NCBI GenBank assembly: GCA_046313635.1
Contig: JBKBYA010000001.1
Location: forward strand, 767,481-831,480
Reading direction: 5' to 3'
Length of the DNA stretch: 64,000 nucleotides
From: Pyrinomonadaceae bacterium
GTDB lineage: Bacteria; Acidobacteriota; Blastocatellia; Pyrinomonadales; Pyrinomonadaceae
Part shown: piece by piece, positions 10,217-18,034 of the stretch
How positions within the stretch are numbered: the stretch's first letter is position 1
Layout: each line of letters starts with the position of its first letter
The notes under the pieces: generated by a model
What the model saw: only the letters and a program-made list of their open reading frames with translations
Told to the model about the DNA's origin: nothing
The model's database searches: none
Position numbers and translations under genes: made by a program

Positions 10217-12469
10217 ATGGCAACCCGCAAGGCCCAAAAAGCTCTAATGTCCGTTGTGACGGCGGACGAGTTTGTCGGACGCGACCGCGAGCTCGACGCC
10301 GTCAGCCGGCACGCGCTCGAGCCGGGGCGGCCGTTTGGAATGCTGGTCTCGTCTATCCCGGGCGGCGGCGCGTCGGAGCTGCTGCGGCAGCTGTACGATC
10401 GTCTCTTCTTTGGGCAAAAGGATCTCATTCCGTTCTACTTCAATCTGCGTCCCGGCGATCGGTGCGGGTCTAAGGCGGCCGAGCGTTACCTTCAGCAATT
10501 CCTTTTGCAGGCCGCCGCATTTCGCCGCAAGGAGCCGGCGGTGCTCGACTCGTCACCCGACATCGAGGAGCTGGCGGGCATCGCGCCGCAGGCCGACGCC
10601 TTCTGGTTCGATCCGCTGATCGAGGCCGCACGCCGCGACAAGTTCACGGCCGACGCACGCGACCGGATGCGAAGCGCACTGAGCGCTCCGCTGCGTGCGA
10701 GCGCTCACGGGCCGCGTGTCTTTGCGATGATCGACGACCTTCACGTCGCGAACCAGCTCGAGCACGGCGACGCGTTTGTGGACGAGCTGACGGCGATCTT
10801 TTCGCGGGCGCAGATACCTTTCGTTTTTGCGGCGAGACGGCGTTTTAGGGTCAGCCTGCCGGACGTTTCGATGATGCCGCTCGACGCTCTCGACTTTGCC
10901 GACGGCGGCGTGATGGTCGAGCGGTACTGTGCCTCACGCGACGTCTCGATCAACGAGCAGACGCGCGATCTGATCGCGACGCAGTTTGGCGGCGTGCCGT
11001 TCTACATTCGACTATTCCTGGCCGCGGCGCGCGACGCGGGTCGGCCGCTCGACGGGTTTCAAAAGGTCGAGCAGCTCTACGCGCGGCAAACGATCGACGG
11101 CAGTTTTGCGCGGCACTTCGGGCGGCTGATCGACTCGGTCGCGGTCGATGCCGAGCGGGCGCGCAAGCTGGTCGAGCTGCTGCACAACGGCGCTCTGGCC
11201 GCGACGCCGGCTTCGTCGCCCGAGGCGTGGCAGCGGCGTTTGGATCTCGAAACGAGCGAATTTCGCCGTCTGATCCGCACGCTCGAGATCGACGAGATGA
11301 TCGACTCGTCGGCCGGCCAGATCCGCACGCATACCGAGAATCTCGCGCTGACCGACCATCTCGAGGCGCGCTTCCGCATCGAGAACTCGGCCGTTTCGCC
11401 GGCGACCGTCGAGGCGAATCTCGTTGCCTCGTCGCTGCGCCGCGCGCCGCGGCTGATGTCGCGGCTCTATCGACGCGAGGCCGCGGCCGGTCTGCAGGAC
11501 CTGATGCTCGGCTTCGACGTGCAGACCGTTCCCGCGGCTCTCGTCGACTACCGGCGTTTCCGCGACAACTATCGCGGGCGGCCCGACGCCGAGATCCGCC
11601 GCGAGATCGTCCGCGACGCCGAACGCGTCGAGCTGCCTCAGATCTCGCACGCCGCGCCGCTCGAGGCTCATCATCCCGCGGCCGCCGAGCTGATCGACGA
11701 GGAGCGCTCGGCAGTCGGCGTCGGCTTTATCGACCGGAGCTACGCCGAGCACAAACAGGTCGCGTGGCTCGCGGTCGAGATCGATTCAAAGCTCGAGGCC
11801 GACGAGGACGCGGCGCGATTCTGGTGCAACCAGCTCGAGGCCGCCGCGGCGGCGTGCGACTTTGCGAACTTCCAGATCTGGCTCGTCGCTCCCGAGGGCT
11901 TTAACGAGTCGGCGCTTCGCCTGCTAGACGAACGCGGCGCTTACGGCTCGTCGCGCCGCCAGGTCGAGCTGCTTAAAGAATTCATCGCCTCGGGCGGCGT
12001 GCTCGACGCGTCCGCGAGCGAAGAGGTCGAGTACGAGATGGTCATCCCGATGGGCGACGACACCGAGATGATCGCCGCGCACGCGCTCGAGGAGATCGCA
12101 CGGCGGCATGAATTTCCGCCGAAGACGATCAACCAGCTCAAGACCGCGCTCGTCGAGGCGTGCATCAACGCGACCGAGCACGGACTGTCACCGGACCGCA
12201 AGATCCACCAAAAATTCCGCGTCGGCGACCGCCGCATCGTCATCACGATCTCTAACCGCGGCCTTCGCCTCATCGACAAGGCCGAGTCCGCCGCGACGCC
12301 TGCCGACATCGCGAGCGAGCCCGCACAGCCGGTTGACGACCAGCGCCGCGGCTGGGGCCTCAACCTCATGCGCACGCTGATGGACGACGTCCGCGTCGAA
12401 CAGGTCGACGACGGCACCCGCATCACGATGACCAAATACCTAGACCTCGGCGGCCTCGCCGCGGCGTGA
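10217..12469 (+). CDS. Degenerate P-loop ATPase fused to a C-terminal RsbW/SpoIIAB-like Ser kinase (HATPase_c_2)
   Basis: N-terminal FVGRDREL and hhhhDD; C-terminal TALVEACINATEHG, RGWGLNLMRTLMDDV and GTRITMTK. Confidence 0.8.
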   Translation: MATRKAQKALMSVVTADEFVGRDRELDAVSRHALEPGRPFGMLVSSIPGGGASELLRQLYDRLFFGQKDLIPFYFNLRPGDRCGSKAAERYLQQFLLQAAAFRRKEPAVLDSSPDIEELAGIAPQADAFWFDPLIEAARRDKFTADARDRMRSALSAPLRASAHGPRVFAMIDDLHVANQLEHGDAFVDELTAIFSRAQIPFVFAARRRFRVSLPDVSMMPLDALDFADGGVMVERYCASRDVSINEQTRDLIATQFGGVPFYIRLFLAAARDAGRPLDGFQKVEQLYARQTIDGSFARHFGRLIDSVAVDAERARKLVELLHNGALAATPASSPEAWQRRLDLETSEFRRLIRTLEIDEMIDSSAGQIRTHTENLALTDHLEARFRIENSAVSPATVEANLVASSLRRAPRLMSRLYRREAAAGLQDLMLGFDVQTVPAALVDYRRFRDNYRGRPDAEIRREIVRDAERVELPQISHAAPLEAHHPAAAELIDEERSAVGVGFIDRSYAEHKQVAWLAVEIDSKLEADEDAARFWCNQLEAAAAACDFANFQIWLVAPEGFNESALRLLDERGAYGSSRRQVELLKEFIASGGVLDASASEEVEYEMVIPMGDDTEMIAAHALEEIARRHEFPPKTINQLKTALVEACINATEHGLSPDRKIHQKFRVGDRRIVITISNRGLRLIDKAESAATPADIASEPAQPVDDQRRGWGLNLMRTLMDDVRVEQVDDGTRITMTKYLDLGGLAAA

Positions 12470-12531
12470 CTCCAGCCCGAATATTCGGATTCCTTTTCTA
12501 ACAACTCAGTGTAGAATCAGGGCGTAATCGC

Positions 12532-13431
12532 ATGAAGATAGCTGCGACGATCCTCTGTCTCCTTGCCGTAACCAGCTCTTTCGCGCAGTCGAATTCGTGG
12601 CGTGGGCTAGTTCCGCTCCGGTCGTCTCGTGCTGATGTCGAAAAACTCTTGGGACCTCCAAAAGAACGGCGTTATTCGGGCCCCGGTTACGAGGACGGCG
12701 AGACCTTTGTGCGGTTTGAGTATTCAAATGGTGATTGCGATCGGGGATGGGATGTTCCGAAGGACACGGTGCTGTACATAACGATCGAATACCTTTCTGA
12801 ATTGAGACAAGCTCCCGAGGAACTGGGCATCAACGATACTGACTTTTACCTCAAGACTACCGATGTGGTCGGGCCGGGAAGCTACATAAACCCTGTGACG
12901 GGTCGGCGCTATTATTTCCACGAGCTTCGGGCCCCGCCGGGCATTAAACCGATCGTCCGCTCGACCGGATACGGGCCGACGAGATCCGACAACCATCTCC
13001 GCTGTGACGGCTTCCCGCCTTACGCCCCGGAAGCATACTACTGGCCCAGCGATGTTTTTCCATTCAATTTGAAGGGCGGTTCCGCCTTCAATGTGCTGCT
13101 CGCACGATTTGATGAGATCGCGTTTCGGTCCACTTCGATCCCGGAGGGGTATCACACTTACGTCGTCGTGTATTTCGATCCCAAAAAGAGGCTTGGCAAA
13201 TATCGGGAAGTTCTCGGGCGGATCAAGGAGCACGTCTTCGGTCGCCGTAAACTTCCGGTCGATCAACTGACCCTGATCGAGGGTGGTTATCGAGAATGGG
13301 CGGAGTTCGAGGTTATTTACGTCCATAAGAGCCTGCCGCCTCCTGTTCCCACTCCGTCAATGGCAAGTCCGCAGTTCCGTAAAGACGCGGGCCGAGCAGA
13401 GACGACGCGGCAACGAAAAGCCACACGCTGA
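12532..13431 (+). CDS. Hypothetical exported protein
   Basis: Signal peptide MKIAATILCLLAVTSSFA; 299 aa; more A/T-ending codons than its neighbours. Confidence 0.7.
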   Translation: MKIAATILCLLAVTSSFAQSNSWRGLVPLRSSRADVEKLLGPPKERRYSGPGYEDGETFVRFEYSNGDCDRGWDVPKDTVLYITIEYLSELRQAPEELGINDTDFYLKTTDVVGPGSYINPVTGRRYYFHELRAPPGIKPIVRSTGYGPTRSDNHLRCDGFPPYAPEAYYWPSDVFPFNLKGGSAFNVLLARFDEIAFRSTSIPEGYHTYVVVYFDPKKRLGKYREVLGRIKEHVFGRRKLPVDQLTLIEGGYREWAEFEVIYVHKSLPPPVPTPSMASPQFRKDAGRAETTRQRKATR

Positions 13432-13483
13432 TTCGGCGGATTTGTTCTCTAACGAGCTCGGGTTCATCACTCAAGGAGCAGCT

Positions 13484-13909
13484 ATGAATTCCATTGTTAG
13501 AAATGTGCTCGCAGTAGTCGCGGGACTTGTCATCGGCGGAGCGCTGAATATGTCGCTCGTCATCATCGGCCCGCATGTGATCGCTCTCCCGCCGGGCGTG
13601 GACGTCTCGACGGACGAGAATCTGATCCGGACGATCCATCTGTTTGAGCCGAAGAATTTCATCTTCCCATTCCTGGCGCATGCCTCGCAGTCGTTCGTCG
13701 GGGCATTTATCGCCGCGCTCATCGCCGCGACGCACCGGATGAAGTTCGCGCTCGCGATCGGAGTCTTGAGCCTTCTCGGCGGCATCGCTGCGGTCGCGCT
13801 GATACCGGCCCCGCTGTGGTACGACGTGGTCGATCTCGTCCTCGCGTACATTCCGATGAGCTGGCTCGGCGGCATGCTCGCGATGCGTCTGCGGCCCGGG
13901 TTGAGCTGA
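13484..13909 (+). CDS. Hypothetical membrane protein (about 4 TM)
   Basis: AAGGAG RBS before ATG 13484 (MNSIVRNVLAV); hydrophobic segments. Confidence 0.75.
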   Translation: MNSIVRNVLAVVAGLVIGGALNMSLVIIGPHVIALPPGVDVSTDENLIRTIHLFEPKNFIFPFLAHASQSFVGAFIAALIAATHRMKFALAIGVLSLLGGIAAVALIPAPLWYDVVDLVLAYIPMSWLGGMLAMRLRPGLS

Positions 13910-13933
13910 GATCGCTAGCAGCCGCGCTTTTCG

Positions 13934-14097
13934 GGGCTTTGCCCGTCGATTTGCGGAAAAGCTTTGCTTTTCCGCCGCCGGCTTTTAACACTCTTGGAGG
14001 CTCCGCCTCGGAGCATCGGCGGCGGCGGAGCCGCAGGCAACAGGGAGGGCCGCAACGGAAAAGCGCAGCTTTTCCGCAAATAGAGCGGCGGAGCCGC
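13934..14097. repeat. REP/REPIN-like doublet (copy 2)
   Basis: GGGCTTTGCCCGTCGATTTGCGGAAAAGCTTTGCTTTTCCGC ... CGGAAAAGCGCAGCTTTTCCGCAAATAGAGCGGCGGAGCCGC. Arms are near-identical to 2604-2786 and the spacer differs. Confidence 0.8.
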
Positions 14098-14220
14098 GGA
14101 GACTTCAATTTTATTTGCCGTCCTGAACCCGCCGTGAACGGCGTGGCTATGCTAAGACGCGACGGGCGAATCTCTGCCACGAAATTTCCGATCGAATGAC
14201 AGCCGTCGATCCGGGACTAA

Positions 14221-14260
14221 GCAAAAAGAGACTGCCGATAGTGACAGTCTCTTTTTTTGC
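14221..14260. terminator. Bidirectional rho-independent terminator
   Basis: GCAAAAAGAGACTG-CCGATAGTGA-CAGTCTCTTTTTTTGC. Confidence 0.8.
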
Positions 14261-14273
14261 TTTTTGATGGCGT

Positions 14274-15170
14274 TTACTGAGGCCGAATGTTCGACGCGCC
14301 CTGGACTAGGCGTGAGCTCACGATGCGGCCGGCGGTGTCGAGGGTGACCTCGACGATGCCGCCCGACGCGTCCTGCAGACGGCGGACGGTCTGCCCGGCA
14401 GAATTCGTCGTCTCGCCGACGACGCGCAGCCCGGTCGCCGCGGTGTCGAGCACCGAGCCGATCGTTCGCTGGTTGACGACGCGGCCGGTAGTGTCGAGCG
14501 TTTTTTCGACGATGTTGCCGGTCGTGTCGAGCGTCCGCTGCACGGTCTGGCCGAGGGTGTTGACGGTCTGGCTCAGCACGCCGCCCGGCTGCAGAGCGGT
14601 ATTCGCGACATTGCCGACCGTGTTGACGGTGTTATCGACCGACTGCAGCAGCCGCTCGAGGATCTGGGGATTGCGGTCGATCGTCGTGAGCGTGCGGTCG
14701 ATGATGTTGGCGACGTTGTCGAGTCTGACCTTGAGCAGCACCTCGGCGCGGACGCCTTTGATCGTGAGCTTGACCTTGTCGATCCCGGCGTCGGCGCCGG
14801 CGGTGAGCTGAAGCAGGTTGGCGAGCCGCGCATCGAGCGAGACGCGGGCGCGCAGATTCTCGACATCAAGCGTGATCTCGTCGACGCTCAGATTCGGCAC
14901 GTCGAGCAAAACGTCCGGATCGCCGCTCGCGGCCTCTTGCCGGCGACGCTCGCTGGCCTGGCGCTGACGCTCCTGGTCCTCGGCAGACAGCGGTCGAACG
15001 CGCGAGACAGGGCTCGGCGTCGTCCGGGGCGTCGGCGTCGGACGCGGCTGAGCGGTGCTCGTCGTGATCGACGCGTTGCGGTCGCCGGTGGTCGTCGTTT
15101 GCGCCTCGACGGTGAGGCTTGCAGACAGGCCGAGCAGCGGGCCCATCACAATAAGTGCTAGTTTGTTCAC
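14274..15170 (-). CDS. Hypothetical exported protein: beta-rich core plus C-terminal Thr/Gly repeats
   Basis: AAGGAGG RBS at 15181-15187 with start GTG 15170 (or TTG 15176); signal peptide; PDVLLDVPNLSVDEITLDVENL core; TLDTTG repeats. Confidence 0.8.
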   Translation of the reverse strand: MNKLALIVMGPLLGLSASLTVEAQTTTTGDRNASITTSTAQPRPTPTPRTTPSPVSRVRPLSAEDQERQRQASERRRQEAASGDPDVLLDVPNLSVDEITLDVENLRARVSLDARLANLLQLTAGADAGIDKVKLTIKGVRAEVLLKVRLDNVANIIDRTLTTIDRNPQILERLLQSVDNTVNTVGNVANTALQPGGVLSQTVNTLGQTVQRTLDTTGNIVEKTLDTTGRVVNQRTIGSVLDTAATGLRVVGETTNSAGQTVRRLQDASGGIVEVTLDTAGRIVSSRLVQGASNIRPQ

Positions 15171-15225
15171 TTTCAAAAATCCTCCTTGTTCGTTCTTAAA
15201 AAATATTCGGGCAAGCCCGTAAAAG

Positions 15226-15567
15226 TCAGAGGCCAGCAGAGCCGGCACGCGCCTGCTCAAGCCGCCGACGCAATTCCTCGATCGAAGCCCTAAAGCGCAC
15301 ATGCCCCTTTACACCTCGGAGCACGACGTCGATCCGCTTGGCCGCGGCTTCGACGCCGACGCGTATTTCGAGATTCGGCACCACGAGCGAGACCTGCAGC
15401 TCGCGGCGAAACCGCTCCTCGGTGATGCGGCGTTCGACGATGTCGAGGTCAAACTCCTCGCTCACGCCGGCGCTCGCCGCCTGCGCCATCGCGGCCATCG
15501 ACATGCCAAAAAACAACGAAATTAAAATGAATGCGATCGTGAAAGGTCTTTCTGAGATGATCGTCAC
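15226..15567 (-). CDS. Small hypothetical exported protein
   Basis: GGGGAG RBS, GTG start, signal-like N-terminus ending AMAQA; co-oriented with flanking genes. Confidence 0.7.
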   Translation of the reverse strand: MTIISERPFTIAFILISLFFGMSMAAMAQAASAGVSEEFDLDIVERRITEERFRRELQVSLVVPNLEIRVGVEAAAKRIDVVLRGVKGHVRFRASIEELRRRLEQARAGSAGL

Positions 15568-15603
15568 CGCTTGTTCTCCCCCCTGGCTCGTATCTGTCGC
15601 CGC

Positions 15604-16110
15604 TTAACGTCTGGGCCGTCGGCCGCGTTGAATGCGTTTGACGGGTGCAGCCGCGGCACGCGGTTGGTTTTCGGCTGGCGAGGCTTCTGCAGGCGCCGCC
15701 TCCGCGGCAGGATCTGCGGGCCCGGCGGGCCTGCCGTCCAGCACTTCGCGGACGATCCTTTCGATCTCGCTAAAGCGCGTCGAGATCCTGAGCTGCAGCC
15801 CGACGTCGCGGTACGTTACACCCGGCTGGACCTGATCGGGCAGGTTCTGCCGCTGCGTGATCCAGATGTTCGTTCGCTTATGTGTGCCGGGAAATTCTAC
15901 CGAGGTATTTGGAACGGCCTCGAACCGCAGCTCCTTGGCCGTGATGTTTGCGAGGATCAGGATGTCGTCGCCTGACGTGTCTGGATCGAGCTGCTCGGCC
16001 GCCGTCGGGCTCGGGGTCGGCCGGGGTGCCGTCGGCTGCTGGGCATCGGCCCAGGCCGCGGCAAATAACGAGAGCAAACAGCTAAGCACGAACGATAACC
16101 CCTTGTTCAT
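15604..16110 (-). CDS. Hypothetical exported protein
   Basis: GGGGAG RBS, signal peptide MNKGLSFVLSCLLSLFAAAWADA, PT linker, beta-rich core. Confidence 0.75.
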   Translation of the reverse strand: MNKGLSFVLSCLLSLFAAAWADAQQPTAPRPTPSPTAAEQLDPDTSGDDILILANITAKELRFEAVPNTSVEFPGTHKRTNIWITQRQNLPDQVQPGVTYRDVGLQLRISTRFSEIERIVREVLDGRPAGPADPAAEAAPAEASPAENQPRAAAAPVKRIQRGRRPRR

Positions 16111-16288
16111 AACTCCCCCGTGTCGGTGTGATGTACCGATATTAGCGCAACGGGCGCAGCCGATGGAAGATGTTGACGAGGCGGCCGCTGCCCGGGCTTT
16201 CGTGTTGTCTATTGCCGCGGCCTGTGCTTTAATCTTTGCGTTCGAAATTGCGCCTCCTGTCTTAAATACCTTTAGAGGATATATTCAA

Positions 16289-16630
16289 GTGATCTCAGAA
16301 AGAGTGTCGGAGCTCGGTGTCGATCCAGTCGTGACAACCGAATCTGCTTCCCAAACGCCGGCCGTCGTCGAGGCTGGCGACTACCTCAACAAGCTCACCG
16401 GTGAAAGGATCGAGCGAGAGTGCCGCGAGTATTTTGCCCGCGGGTACAAAGAGGTGGTCGTCGACTTTGCAAGCACCGAGACGGTCAACAGCGTCGGCAT
16501 CTCGATCCTGCTCGGCGTGATCGATTCGGCCTCGAACGCGGGGGCCAAGGTTCGCTTTTCCGGAGTTAAAGACAGCACGATCGAGCTTTTTGAGATGCTC
16601 GGCATCACGCGGCACGTGACGATCGACTAG
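16289..16630 (+). CDS. STAS domain anti-sigma factor antagonist
   Basis: GDYLN..G..I, VVDFASTETVNSVGISIL (phospho-acceptor Ser position), LFEMLGI; AGAGGA RBS before GTG 16289. Confidence 0.85.
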   Translation: MISERVSELGVDPVVTTESASQTPAVVEAGDYLNKLTGERIERECREYFARGYKEVVVDFASTETVNSVGISILLGVIDSASNAGAKVRFSGVKDSTIELFEMLGITRHVTID

Positions 16631-16645
16631 CAGGAGCCACGCCGT

Positions 16646-17905
16646 ATGATCGACGAAAGACACAAGCTCATTCACACCTTCGGCGCGTTGGCCGAGCTCA
16701 GCCAGGAGGTCGCCAACAAGAGCAGCTTTACAGACACGGTACGCACGTCTCTGCATCTTGTCTCGGGTGCTCTCGGCATAATGCGCGGCGGCGTGGCAAA
16801 GTTTGCAAAGTTTGGCCACGAGCTGAATATGGTCGCCGTCCGAGGGCTCGGCGACGACTTTCCGCTGAGCCTGTCGCTGACGCTCGAGGACGAGCGGCAA
16901 TTCTTGGCCAACGGCGTCTACCCGATCGAGATCGATCAGGCAAAGACGCTGCCGTTCTTTCAGGTTTACGACCGCAGCCTGTCGCAGAAAAAGCTCGAGC
17001 TGCTCATCCCGCTCGTCGTACACGACGAGCTGGTCGGCGCGATACTGCTCGGCGAAAAAGCGTCGGGCGACGCCTACTCGAGCTACGACAAAGAAATCAT
17101 CTGTGCGATGTCGCGGCACGTCGGCGTCGCGATCGCTCAGCGAAATCTGATGGCCGAGGTGCAGCAGCGCGCCGAGGAGAACCGCAAGCTTTACGACGAG
17201 CTGCACCTGACGTACACCGCGACGGTCAAGGCCTTTGCCGCGGCGATCGACTGCAAAGACAAGTACACCGAGGGCCACTCTGTTCGCGTCGGCAAGTACG
17301 TCGAGATCATCGCGACCGAATTGGGCTGGACCGAGGACGCCGTCGAGGGAGCCTCGGTCGCCGGCTACCTGCACGACGTCGGCAAGTTGACGGTCGACCG
17401 CCGCATAATCAACGCTCCGTACCGCATCGACGCAAAGGAGTCGGCCGAGCTCAACCGGCACCCAGGCGTCGGCTACGAGATCCTCCAGCCGATCAATCAC
17501 CCGTACGCCGACGTCCCGCTCGCGGCCAAATATCATCACGAGCGCCTCGACGGCCGCGGCTATCCCGACGGGCTGTACGACCGCGAGATCCCTTACATCG
17601 CAAAGATCGTGAATCTCGCCGACTCTTTTGACGCGATGACCACCGACCGGCCTTACAAGCGGCGCCGCGCCGTCGGCGAGGTGATCGAGGACCTCAATCG
17701 CAATTCGGGCAAGCAGTTTGCGCCCGAGCTCGTCTCGGCCTTTCTCAAGGGAATGTATCGCGAGGTCACGGGCGAAGCTTCCGAAAAGAACTTTCGCCGT
17801 CTGCTCGGCCGCGAGTATATGGAAGCCGAAGGCCTCGCCTCGATGCTCCGCGGTGCGCTCAGCAGCGTCGCACCCGAGCCGATCACTTTGATCGGTCTGC
17901 AGTGA
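16646..17905 (+). CDS. GAF + HD-GYP phosphodiesterase
   Basis: YTEGHSVRV, LHDVGK, HHERLDGRGYP, ADSFDAMTTDRPY. Confidence 0.92.
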   Translation: MIDERHKLIHTFGALAELSQEVANKSSFTDTVRTSLHLVSGALGIMRGGVAKFAKFGHELNMVAVRGLGDDFPLSLSLTLEDERQFLANGVYPIEIDQAKTLPFFQVYDRSLSQKKLELLIPLVVHDELVGAILLGEKASGDAYSSYDKEIICAMSRHVGVAIAQRNLMAEVQQRAEENRKLYDELHLTYTATVKAFAAAIDCKDKYTEGHSVRVGKYVEIIATELGWTEDAVEGASVAGYLHDVGKLTVDRRIINAPYRIDAKESAELNRHPGVGYEILQPINHPYADVPLAAKYHHERLDGRGYPDGLYDREIPYIAKIVNLADSFDAMTTDRPYKRRRAVGEVIEDLNRNSGKQFAPELVSAFLKGMYREVTGEASEKNFRRLLGREYMEAEGLASMLRGALSSVAPEPITLIGLQ

Positions 17906-17925
17906 CGGCCGCGACCTTATCGCAA

Positions 17926-18022
17926 GAGAAATTCGCCGCAGATTTACACGGATAGCGCGGATAGGAGAAGCCGGATCGTTCTCTTATCCGCGCTATCCGC
18001 GTCTATTCGCGGCAAAATTTTC
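17926..18022. repeat. Long palindromic intergenic element built from (A/G)CGCGGATA-like units
   Basis: GCCGCAGATTTACACGGATAGCGCGGATAGGAGAA ... TTCTCTTATCCGCGCTATCCGCGTCTATTCGCGGC between convergent genes. Confidence 0.75.
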
Positions 18023-18034
18023 TAGTTCCCAGTG

